Positions 7,205 to 15,797 of a stretch of DNA of 32,154 nucleotides are shown here, piece after piece. The stretch is from NCBI GenBank assembly GCA_037190965.1, contig JBBCKI010000041.1, positions 1-32,154 on the forward strand, given 5' to 3'. The notes under the pieces are model-generated. The model had not been told where the DNA came from. It did not search any database and saw nothing but the letters and a program-made list of their open reading frames with translations. This DNA comes from Chthoniobacteraceae bacterium. Its GTDB lineage: Bacteria; Verrucomicrobiota; Verrucomicrobiia; Chthoniobacterales; Chthoniobacteraceae. A program made the translations under genes and the position numbers. How positions within the stretch are numbered: position 1 is the first letter of the stretch; every line of letters starts with the position of its first letter.

Positions 7205-9640
7205 GTGAATATCTTGAGCGGCGGTGTGCGGCGGGAAGTCCGAGCCTTTAGAGTCTTTAAGGTTTTTCGGGCTTTTCTTTTGGCGGCAATTTTACCAACT
7301 GCTTTGCAGGCAACGACACCGGAGGGAGCAGAGCCTGCCAAGCTCGCACGGCTCCCCGGGGTCGGGGTGCCGCAGGGGATCGTGGTGCGGACGACCGAGA
7401 ACGTTACCAAAGGCGGGTGGGTCTACATTTTGAACCGGTGCGAAGCCCTCGGCATCACCCGGATCGACATCCTTGTCAAACAGGATGAGGATCATTTCCA
7501 TAGCGAACGCACCGGGGAGACCTTGCAGTCGGGCGATTTGCTCGTGCCGCTTCCAGGGGAGGAATGCGCCAAAGGATGGGAAGATCCAAGCTGGCTGCAC
7601 GACATGCTGGCAAAGGCGAAGGAAAAGGGAATCGAGGTCTGGGCCTGGTGGCCGTGTTTTCACGACGCATCCGCCGCGAAGCGTTTTCCGGAGGCCGCTT
7701 ACAGCAGCAGCCGGGGAGAGCAATTTGTCGACCCCGGTGTGCCGGAAGTCCGCGAACGTCAGGAGACATTGATCGCCAAGCTGCTCGATACTTATGCCTT
7801 CAGCGGCATTTCCCTCGACTGGCTTCGCTACGAGGGATGGTATGCCGGAAGCACGGGCCCGCTCGGGAAGAAATTTGAACGGCAATTCCGGTTCCGGTGG
7901 GAGCCGGGCGTTCTGGATAATGAATACTCCAAGGCGCGCTGGTACGAGGCGCGCGCCCGTTTGCTGGCAGAATGGGTAGGACATCTTGTGAGCGAAATGC
8001 GGCCCGTGCGCCCCGGGGTTCGGTGGGGGGCGTTTTTGCTGCCGTGGCATTTCAGCGAGGCGAGCCAATCCTATCCCATGCTGGGCGCGGCGGGTCTCGA
8101 TTACCTCCAGCCGATGTGTTATTGGCCCGACTGGAAGAAGCAGCCCGAGTGGGTCGGCGACCGCGCCCTTTCGCTCCACGGGGAGCTTGCTGCCGGTACC
8201 GCACAATGGGCCACCCTTGGGATCGACGCTCCTGAGGAGGAGATCCGCCGGGCGATCGCAAGCATCGCCCCCGGCTCGGTGGCCGGCCTCTCGTGGTTCA
8301 CTTTCGGCAGTTGGGAAGAGAAATGCTTCCGCAAGATTCGTGAGCTAACGGCAAAGGAGAAATCCGCCCGTCGCTTTTTCGGTTACGATGAACCGGGGAA
8401 GCCGGTTTTTGCGGAAACGCAGGAGGAGTCCGCAGCCCCTTCATTCGCGAGGACGGACCCCGACCGGATCAAACCGCAGGAATTCGCGGACGAAAGTTCC
8501 GTCTGGGCTGTCGTGGCGCTTGCGGAGCTTTACAAGCGGGGCGCGCTGGATCCTGCGGAACGCGGGATCGTCCCGGTGCTTGCCCTGCATTCGTTTGGCG
8601 AAGGGGAGCCCGGCTCCCAGAGTTTCTTCTATAAGTGCAGCACCGGGTATCTTGATTCGCTGCTCAAGTTCATTGCCGATAGCGGCTTCTCCGTCTGCCC
8701 GCTCTCGCGCCTTCAAAGTCACCTGATTACCCGCGACCCGTCATTCCTGCCACCCAAGCCTCTGGTGATCACGATCGATGATGGCTCGCAGAGCGTCTAC
8801 AAACACTTTTACCCTCGCGCCAGGGAACAGAAGATGCCGTTCACGCTGGCGCTCGTGACAAGCTGGCTGGCAGAGGGGGACGTCAGCAATCATGCCACCG
8901 ACGAGCGTGGCGTGAAGGATCCTTCCATGACCTGGGGCGAAGCCCGGGAGATTTACCAGAGCGGGCTTGCGGAAGTCATTTCCCACTCCGATGCCATGCA
9001 CTATCAGACGGCCGAGACTCCCACCTCTGTCATTGAGCGTCCTGCGGAGGTCACTCGGCAATACCTCAAGGAATATGGCCGGGCGGAGACGACCGATGAA
9101 TATGCCCGCCGCATCCGGGTGGATATGATCGCCAGTCGGGCCAAGCTCGTCTCTCACGGCTTCCGGGCTCCTTCCATCTTTTGCTGGCCCTATGGAGAGG
9201 CCGATTCCATGGCGATCACCATCGGCAGGCAGGCGGGATTCTCTCATTTTCTCCTGTTTAGCACTCCGGCCGTCATGGCGACCCCCGGCAGTTCAAAAAA
9301 CGGAATTCCCCGCATCGCGGTGCTTCGCTCCGATGAGTTCGTTCCCCTGGTATTTCCCAAGGAGCCTGCCGAGCAGCAGGCGTGGTGGCTTGCGTTCCTG
9401 AAAGTGGCCAGCGATTCCTGCAGCCCGGCGCTGATTTCGGCCACCCTGCGGCAGTTGACGCGGGATTGCCAGCAGTACCCCGAAGCGGAGATTGCCCGCG
9501 CCGCGCGGGATTATCTGAGAGGCGATGCCGCGCGCGCGTCCGCCCGCTTGCTGGCCCTTCACGATGCTTATTCGTACGATCCCGAGATCACCGGAGCCAT
9601 CGACGCGACGCTCAAGCAGTTCAATCCTCCGCCGGAGTAG
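7205..9640 (+). CDS. Exported protein: N-terminal GHL10-like TIM-barrel glycoside hydrolase plus C-terminal PgaB-like CE4 polysaccharide deacetylase
   Basis: Signal-like AFLLAAILPTALQA. N-domain has AKEKGIEVWAW, FVDPGVPEVRE and GISLDWLRY. C-domain has LPPKPLVITIDDG, EVISHSDAMH, ETTDEYARRIRVD and FCWPYGE. Exact start uncertain. Confidence 0.8.
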   Translation: MNILSGGVRREVRAFRVFKVFRAFLLAAILPTALQATTPEGAEPAKLARLPGVGVPQGIVVRTTENVTKGGWVYILNRCEALGITRIDILVKQDEDHFHSERTGETLQSGDLLVPLPGEECAKGWEDPSWLHDMLAKAKEKGIEVWAWWPCFHDASAAKRFPEAAYSSSRGEQFVDPGVPEVRERQETLIAKLLDTYAFSGISLDWLRYEGWYAGSTGPLGKKFERQFRFRWEPGVLDNEYSKARWYEARARLLAEWVGHLVSEMRPVRPGVRWGAFLLPWHFSEASQSYPMLGAAGLDYLQPMCYWPDWKKQPEWVGDRALSLHGELAAGTAQWATLGIDAPEEEIRRAIASIAPGSVAGLSWFTFGSWEEKCFRKIRELTAKEKSARRFFGYDEPGKPVFAETQEESAAPSFARTDPDRIKPQEFADESSVWAVVALAELYKRGALDPAERGIVPVLALHSFGEGEPGSQSFFYKCSTGYLDSLLKFIADSGFSVCPLSRLQSHLITRDPSFLPPKPLVITIDDGSQSVYKHFYPRAREQKMPFTLALVTSWLAEGDVSNHATDERGVKDPSMTWGEAREIYQSGLAEVISHSDAMHYQTAETPTSVIERPAEVTRQYLKEYGRAETTDEYARRIRVDMIASRAKLVSHGFRAPSIFCWPYGEADSMAITIGRQAGFSHFLLFSTPAVMATPGSSKNGIPRIAVLRSDEFVPLVFPKEPAEQQAWWLAFLKVASDSCSPALISATLRQLTRDCQQYPEAEIARAARDYLRGDAARASARLLALHDAYSYDPEITGAIDATLKQFNPPPE

Positions 9641-9665
9641 GACCGTCGACTGACCTTGGAGGCAA

Positions 9666-9811
9666 GGTAGCCCGCTCTCGCCGAGAGCGCGGGCATCGGT
9701 AAAGAGCCGCATTTGACGCCCATCCCCGCAGGACGGGCTGCTGGTAGTGGGTTGGCCCGAATGAAACCAACGGGAGTCAAACCCCGCGCTCGACGGCGCG
9801 AGCGGGCTACC
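9666..9811. repeat. GTAG-type REP doublet (REPIN-like), copy 1
   Basis: GGTAGCCCGCTCTCGCCGAGAGCGCGGG ... CCCGCGCTCGACGGCGCGAGCGGGCTACC inverted pair. Related copies at 25311 and 31956. Confidence 0.85.
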
Positions 9812-10115
9812 GATGCTGCCGCAGCATCTTCGTTTTGTAACTTCCCCTCATGCACCTCGTGTGCTTCTCCTTTGATCTGTTGCTGGGATCCTTGGACTTC
9901 ACTGAAACAGCGAAGGACTCGAGAGCGGTGATTTCAAGGCGCTTACGATTTAACCCGAACACTCCGAAGTTGATCGCGGCGACCTTGCGCAATTTCCAGG
10001 GCATCAACGGCTTCGTCGAAACGGGTCGTATCAAAGAATACGACCGCGCTTCTCCTTAACCGTTTCTGCTTCAGGCTCTTGCGCAGTTCCGCTCGCTCCA
10101 GCATAGGAGTTCGGG

Positions 10116-10508
10116 TTAAAAGAGAAATTCAATGTTGTTCCAAATCATGAAGAGGAACGCGATCCAGAGGGTTAGCACCAACCCGGCATAGATCGAGTCT
10201 CGTGCAAACGGGTTACCCTTTGCAATCGAATGGATCGGTATAGAAGCCAAGGTGCAGGAGATGGCAACCGAGAAGGAAATAATCGTATTTGATAGCGGGA
10301 GCATTATCGGAGAGAGATTGCCGATTGAACCGCCTCCTCCTGAAGGAGCCGCGAGTTTCAAACATGTGTGGATCGCGCTTGCGATTCCCGCAAGTATTAA
10401 CGCTACTCTTACGCTCCATGGACTGCGGCTTGCTAGGCATCCAATCAACAGTGGCAGGATCACCGGAATTGCGCAGAGAATCCAGAAGATGAAGATGACG
10501 ATTCCCAT
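10116..10508 (-). CDS. Hypothetical 4-TM membrane protein
   Basis: 130-aa hydrophobic ORF from ATG 10508 (MGIVIFIFWILC), lower GC than its neighbours. Confidence 0.65.
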   Translation of the reverse strand: MGIVIFIFWILCAIPVILPLLIGCLASRSPWSVRVALILAGIASAIHTCLKLAAPSGGGGSIGNLSPIMLPLSNTIISFSVAISCTLASIPIHSIAKGNPFARDSIYAGLVLTLWIAFLFMIWNNIEFLF

Positions 10509-10654
10509 GCCTGTTTTCCTTCTATTTGCGGGGAATTGGCCAAGCAATCTCAAAGTCCAATCTTTTGGTGGCGCGTGGGATGCGCCTCAAACCATAAAAG
10601 CCACGTCGGAGTCTTGCATTGGCCCGCCCGGGCCTGTTATGCAGAACCTCTTTC

Positions 10655-11497
10655 GTGAAAATCATCGCTTCGCCATCTTCCGCGTCGAAGATTTCCCGCC
10701 TTTCGCGTCGGCCCCTGATTTTGGTACCGACGATGGGAGCGCTGCATGAGGGACATCTTGCCTTGGTCCGCAAGGCGCGGGCATTGGCAGGTCGCGAAGG
10801 GACGGTGGCCGTCAGTATTTTCGTCAACCCGACGCAGTTCGGGCCGAAGGAGGATTTCTCCCGGTATCCCCGGCCTATCAAGCAGGATGCCGCGTTGTGT
10901 CGCGAGGCTGGGGTGGATCTCCTTTTTGTCCCCACGGCGGCGGCGATGTATGCGCCCGATTTTTCCACCTGGGTCGATGAGAGTTTTCTCTCCGGCGTGC
11001 TCTGCGGGGCATCGAGACCGGGGCACTTCCGGGGCGTTTGCACGGTTGTCTCGAAGCTCTTCAATATTCTCGGCCCGGACATCGCGGTTTTTGGCAGGAA
11101 GGACGCCCAGCAGTTGGCGATTGTCCGGCGGATGGTGCGGGACTTGAACTTTCCGGTCAAAATTGTGGGGCTGGATACCGTTCGTGAAGCCGATGGGCTC
11201 GCGCTGAGTTCCCGCAATCGCTACCTCTCGCCGGAGGAGCGGGCGCAGGCACCCGTGCTGCGCCAGGCGCTTTTGGCGGCGAAGCGGGAATGGGCGGGGG
11301 GATGTACCCCCGCGAAGCTGCGGCGCGGCATTGTGGCGCGAATCGAAAAGGCCCCCCTGGCAAAAATTGATTACGTGGAGGTGAGCGACGCCGAAACGCT
11401 CGGCGCTCCCGGCCTTGGAAGCCAGCGGGTTCTTGTTGCCCTGGCGGTGTTTTTCGGGAAGACCCGATTGATCGACAATTTGGAAATTCGACGATGA
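10655..11497 (+). CDS. panC: Pantoate--beta-alanine ligase
   Basis: VPTMGALHEGH, SIFVNPTQFG, RPGHFRGV, GLALSSRN and TRLIDN motifs. GTG start at 10655. Confidence 0.97.
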   Translation: MKIIASPSSASKISRLSRRPLILVPTMGALHEGHLALVRKARALAGREGTVAVSIFVNPTQFGPKEDFSRYPRPIKQDAALCREAGVDLLFVPTAAAMYAPDFSTWVDESFLSGVLCGASRPGHFRGVCTVVSKLFNILGPDIAVFGRKDAQQLAIVRRMVRDLNFPVKIVGLDTVREADGLALSSRNRYLSPEERAQAPVLRQALLAAKREWAGGCTPAKLRRGIVARIEKAPLAKIDYVEVSDAETLGAPGLGSQRVLVALAVFFGKTRLIDNLEIRR

Positions 11498-13119
11498 AGA
11501 CATACGATTTTGTAGTGCTGGGGAGCGGCATTGCCGGGCTCAGTTTTGCCTTGAAGGCCGCGCGGCACGGGTCCGTGGCGATCATCACCAAACGCGCCCG
11601 GGCGGAGTCGAACACCGCTTACGCGCAGGGGGGCGTGGCGTGCGTGACCAGCGGCGAGGATTCTTTCGACCTGCATGTGAAGGACACGCTCGTCGCCGGA
11701 GCGGGACTTTGTGACGAACGCGTCGTGCGAACCATCGTCACCGAAGGGCCGGAGCGAATCCGCGAGTTGATGGAGATCGGCGTGCAGTTCGACCGGCACG
11801 AGGAAAATGGCGTGGATGGGGATTCCAGCGGGAAACGGGTGCTCGATCTTGCCCAGGAAGGAGGGCACTCCAAACGCCGCATTCTTCATGCCCGTGACGC
11901 CACGGGGCGGGAGATCGAGCAGGCGCTCCTGCGGGCCGTGGCGCGGAACCCCGCCATCGAAGTGCTGGAAAACCACATGGCGGTCGATCTCATCACGACC
12001 GGCAAGCTCGGGTTCTCCACCGAGGACCGCTGCGTCGGCGTCTACGTGCTCAACGAGGCCACCGGCGAGGTGGAGACGTTTCGTACCGATCGGTTGATCC
12101 TGGCCACCGGCGGGTGCGGCAAAGTTTATCTTTACACCACCAACCCGAGCGTCGCCACGGGAGACGGCGTGGCGATGGCATGGCGGGCGGGGGCGAATAT
12201 CGCCAACATGGAGTTCATCCAGTTCCACCCGACCTGTCTCTTCCATCCGGCGGCGCGGTCGTTCCTGATCACCGAAGCCGTGCGTGGCGAGGGGGGGCGG
12301 CTCATCGACGCGAAGGGAGAGGAGTTCATGGGGAAATATCATCCCCTCGGCGCGCTGGCCCCTCGCGACATCGTGGCGCGGGCCATTGACGCGGAGATGA
12401 AGCGGACGGGCGCGCCCTGCGTCTACCTCGACATCACTCACAAACCGGTGGAATTCCTCAAGGAGCGCTTCCCTACCATTTACGAACGCTGCCACTCCTT
12501 GGGGATCGACATCGCCACCCAGCCGATTCCCGTGGTCCCTGCCGCCCACTACCAATGCGGCGGCGTAATGACCGACGAGAACGGCGCGACCAGCCTCCGT
12601 GGCCTCTATGCCATCGGCGAAGTCGCCTGTACGGGTCTGCACGGGGCAAACCGGCTCGCCAGCAATTCGCTGTTGGAGGCGATGGTCGTGGCTCACCGCG
12701 CCATCGATCACGTTCTCCTGAATCTGCCGCCGCACAACGGCTCCGCCCGGCTCGACCTCCAGCTGCCCGAGTGGACGAGCGGGGACGCTCATGACGTCGA
12801 CGAAATGGTGGTCATCTATCACAACTGGGACGAAATCCGCCGATTGATGTGGGATTACGTGGGAATCGTCCGCACCGATAAACGCCTCAAACGCGCCAGC
12901 ACCCGGCTCAAGAACCTTCTACGCGAGATCCAGGAGTTTTACTGGAACTTCAAGGTGAATACCGATCTGCTGGAGCTTCGCAATCTTGCCACCGTCGCCG
13001 CGCTCATCGTGGATTGCGCCCTGCTCCGCAAGGAGAGCCGGGGCCTTCACTACACCCTCGATTATCCCGAGGCGGATGATCGGCACTGGAAAAAGAACAC
13101 GGTCCTGCGGCGGTTCTAG
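11494..13119 (+). CDS. nadB: L-aspartate oxidase
   Basis: GSGIAGL FAD motif, EGGHSKRRILH, QFHPT, PAAHY, GLHGANRLASNSLLE and ESRGLH. ATGA overlap with panC. Confidence 0.96.
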   Translation: MKTYDFVVLGSGIAGLSFALKAARHGSVAIITKRARAESNTAYAQGGVACVTSGEDSFDLHVKDTLVAGAGLCDERVVRTIVTEGPERIRELMEIGVQFDRHEENGVDGDSSGKRVLDLAQEGGHSKRRILHARDATGREIEQALLRAVARNPAIEVLENHMAVDLITTGKLGFSTEDRCVGVYVLNEATGEVETFRTDRLILATGGCGKVYLYTTNPSVATGDGVAMAWRAGANIANMEFIQFHPTCLFHPAARSFLITEAVRGEGGRLIDAKGEEFMGKYHPLGALAPRDIVARAIDAEMKRTGAPCVYLDITHKPVEFLKERFPTIYERCHSLGIDIATQPIPVVPAAHYQCGGVMTDENGATSLRGLYAIGEVACTGLHGANRLASNSLLEAMVVAHRAIDHVLLNLPPHNGSARLDLQLPEWTSGDAHDVDEMVVIYHNWDEIRRLMWDYVGIVRTDKRLKRASTRLKNLLREIQEFYWNFKVNTDLLELRNLATVAALIVDCALLRKESRGLHYTLDYPEADDRHWKKNTVLRRF

Positions 13120-13320
13120 GTCGTGTCGTCACTCCCTAGGGCCAGGGCGGATGGTATAAATAGTGTTCATTTCAGGGGTGAGGGCCCTTGAAATTGACGC
13201 TTCTCTGTAGTCAAGGGTGGCTAAATGACAGAAACCGGACTTAATCCGGAATGGGCGGATTTTAAAAGGCTTTACCACCCCTTTTTTCCTGGCTATAACG
13301 GGGGCTGAATCATTCCCCAA

Positions 13321-14253
13321 ATGAGTTCCAGAACCTCCCCCACAGCCTCTTCTCGTTTTGTTTCGTCTGGGGCCTCGCCCGAACCTTCTTTGGAACTTTT
13401 CCCCTCGGTTTTCAGCTCGATTTCGAGGCCAATTTTGAAAGGCTGCGTGGCCCTGGCCTCCTCGCTCTTTATTCTTTCAGCCGCTCCTTCGTCCAATGCT
13501 CAATCCGTTTACCAGAGCAGTGCGGATTTTGCCAAATATGCCGAAAAGCTCCGGGAGAGCGCGCTCTCCAAGATGGAGCCCCGGGTGCAAATCCCAACTT
13601 CCGGGCGTGCGACGTTCAACAGGGGCCGTTATCCTTGGAAAACGAATATCATCACGACGGTTTTCTGGGTAGGCGAACGTCCGACCGCCCGAAATCCCAC
13701 TCCAAACCACGCCAGTTCCTGGGATCCCAAGTGGATGAACAGCTTTGGAGGGTACGATGATCCGGACCCGAATCGTCGTCGCGGCTTCGTTCCCGCCGCC
13801 TTTATCCCGCAGCAGAACCCGTTTTATTGCGCGCTCCCTTATAATGACGTGACGCGAGGCACGACCAAGCCGGAATCCCGTTTCGTCATTCCATGGTTTA
13901 ACCAGACCTTCGAGCGACCGGGAAAATCGGTTTGCCGGGGCCGCTGGATCGCCATTCGTAAGGGAAATCGCGTGGCGTATGCCCAATGGGAGGATTGCGG
14001 GCCGTTCCGCACCGATCACTGGCAGTATGTTTTCGGAAAAGAAGCGCCCAAGCCGAATATCAACGGCGGCGCGGCCCTCGACGTCTCACCCGCCGTGCGC
14101 GATTACCTGGGGATGAGATCCAAGGATGTGTGCGACTGGAAGTTCGTGGAGTTCCACGAAGTCCCCGTCGGCCCATGGTCGCGATATGGCGAGAACAACG
14201 ATTTCGTTCTCAATGCTCGTCGTGGGACCGAGCGAGTGGTATATCGGCGGTAA
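13321..14253 (+). CDS. Hypothetical exported protein with RlpA/double-psi beta-barrel-like C-terminal motifs
   Basis: Signal-like VALASSLFILSAAPSSNA (true start may be the in-frame TTG at 13435). WEDCGPF and ALDVSPAVRDYLG resemble the DPBB D-x-GP and DLS motifs. Confidence 0.65.
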   Translation: MSSRTSPTASSRFVSSGASPEPSLELFPSVFSSISRPILKGCVALASSLFILSAAPSSNAQSVYQSSADFAKYAEKLRESALSKMEPRVQIPTSGRATFNRGRYPWKTNIITTVFWVGERPTARNPTPNHASSWDPKWMNSFGGYDDPDPNRRRGFVPAAFIPQQNPFYCALPYNDVTRGTTKPESRFVIPWFNQTFERPGKSVCRGRWIAIRKGNRVAYAQWEDCGPFRTDHWQYVFGKEAPKPNINGGAALDVSPAVRDYLGMRSKDVCDWKFVEFHEVPVGPWSRYGENNDFVLNARRGTERVVYRR

Positions 14254-14296
14254 GAGCCGGGCCTATTTTCGTTTCAGCGACCCGACCCCTTCCGCT

Positions 14297-14492
14297 CTCG
14301 TTCCCAATCTCCAGATTGGGAACGTCCTTGTCTTCGAATCTCTGATTCGTTCGTTTGATCTGGCCCAGCAGCGCCAGAGTTTCTGAAGCCGACGAGGCGA
14401 GTCCTTTTTACGAACGCTTCGACTGCCACTAACGGTTGGAAAACTGGAGTTTCGGGGACAGTGGCATTCCCAATCTGGAGATTGGGAACGAG
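14297..14492. repeat. CTCGTTCCC-type REP-like inverted doublet
   Basis: CTCGTTCCCAATCTCCAGATTGGGAACG ... CATTCCCAATCTGGAGATTGGGAACGAG. Each unit is itself a hairpin. Confidence 0.8.
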
Positions 14493-14599
14493 GGGAGAAT
14501 CATCAGGATAGCTGGAGAGGGGTGTGAAACCCATTTTCAGGCAGTCACATCAATGTTTGGAGCATCGCAGTCCAACGCCAAGTTGGTGTCTTCGCCACC

Positions 14600-14682
14600 G
14601 CACTCCAAGGTGCTGCCGCGCATGCAAGACACGTGACGAAACGCGGCAGCGTCTTGGAGTGCTGCGGTTTTCCGCAGCTTTG
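14600..14682. repeat. TTGGAGTGC-type REP-like inverted repeat
   Basis: GCACTCCAAGGTGCTGCCGCG (14600-14620) pairs with CGCGGCAGCGTCTTGGAGTGC (14642-14662), followed by the hairpin GCTGCGG-TTTT-CCGCAGC. Confidence 0.7.
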
Positions 14683-14757
14683 GAGGCGGAATCTCATCGC
14701 TCCGCAAGACCTCGGAAGCCAATTCAGCAACGCTGAGACATTGATTTTTTAATCAAT

Positions 14758-15726
14758 TTATTGAGTAGCACGTTGGCAACGATGTTTTCGCCCGCGCAGG
14801 TACAACCCGGCGAGACCCACCGCGAGTAAGCCGACTGCGCCTGGTTCCGGGATCGCTTTGGCAAAGATCTCGGCGCGGTAGGTGGCGATATTCGCAGCAA
14901 GTGTGAACTGATCGGCTCCGGGGCTGCCGGAGACTGCCAGCATGATGCCGGAAAGTTCATAGATCCCCCCATTCAAAGAAAACACTCCGCCGCCGGAGTC
15001 TCCGGCAACGGCCTGGGCGAGGGAGGGGGGATTCGTGGCGGTGCTGTTGAAATGAGTGGCGAACACCATGGTGTCGCCATAAGTAGTAATTTTCATCAGC
15101 CGTTGAGGTTGGCTATTGAGGTCGAGCATGGCCCCATTGGCAACATTTTGCCCCCAGCGCTTGGTCCGCGAATTGTCGATATTGGTGCTGAATCCCACCA
15201 TGCTGAGCGTCTGGACGTTGGAAGGAAGCGACGTTCCCAGTTGCAGGGTGACGAGGCCTGACGGGTTGCTATTGACGTTGATCTGGAACATGGCCAGATC
15301 GGCATATGTCGAGAGGGTTCCCCAATTTGGATAGTTCACCCCAGTATTGGTGAGTTGGACGTATGACCCCGCGACGACATTATAGGCGGAGCCGAACTGC
15401 ACCGTATTTGGGAGGGAGTTGGAATTAATGTGGGCGGCGGTAATCACCCAATACGTTCCATTGTTATTGATGTCGCCTAGATAAACCGCCGAGCCGTCTC
15501 CAAATTGGCCCACGTTGTTCCAGGGAAAAGTTCCCGGATTGGAGGTATAGGTAGGGTCCGCGCCTGCCGCGACAATAACCGCCTGGCCTGGGGCGACGCT
15601 CAAGAGATTCAATGCACCCGCCAAGCCAAGTGATAGTGCTAGAAGCGAGCTGGAACGAAGGGATGTGTCGTGTGAACGCCGAAAGCGATCGGCAACGAAA
15701 CGAAGGTGCGAACGGAGGAGCCGCAT
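14758..15726 (-). CDS. Trypsin-like serine protease with PEP-CTERM sorting signal
   Basis: Intact triad motifs ITAAH, ADLAMF and GDSGGG. C-terminal IPEPGAVGLLAVGLAGLYLRGRKHR. N-terminal signal-like segment. Confidence 0.85.
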   Translation of the reverse strand: MRLLRSHLRFVADRFRRSHDTSLRSSSLLALSLGLAGALNLLSVAPGQAVIVAAGADPTYTSNPGTFPWNNVGQFGDGSAVYLGDINNNGTYWVITAAHINSNSLPNTVQFGSAYNVVAGSYVQLTNTGVNYPNWGTLSTYADLAMFQINVNSNPSGLVTLQLGTSLPSNVQTLSMVGFSTNIDNSRTKRWGQNVANGAMLDLNSQPQRLMKITTYGDTMVFATHFNSTATNPPSLAQAVAGDSGGGVFSLNGGIYELSGIMLAVSGSPGADQFTLAANIATYRAEIFAKAIPEPGAVGLLAVGLAGLYLRGRKHRCQRATQ

Positions 15727-15797
15727 GGTGCTGCCGATTGTTGCGTGAATTGAAGCGATTGTCAGTAAAAATAGCGGGCTGCTGGTTGCTGGAAGGG

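Noticed and set aside
7242..7277. Degenerate 9-bp periodicity (GAGCCTTTA GAGTCTTTA AGGTTTTTC GGGCTTTTC) in the 5' end of the hydrolase-deacetylase gene
   Set aside because: Too short and degenerate. It can be explained by the RAF-RVF-KVF-RAF signal-peptide n-region.
9713..9931. Similar short ORFs at 9713-9931 and 25341-25538 sharing RARRRERAT
   Set aside because: The similarity is only the translated REP sequence, not a protein family.
14297..14700. CRISPR array
   Set aside because: The repeats are inverted pairs, not regularly spaced direct repeats with unique spacers, and there are no cas genes.
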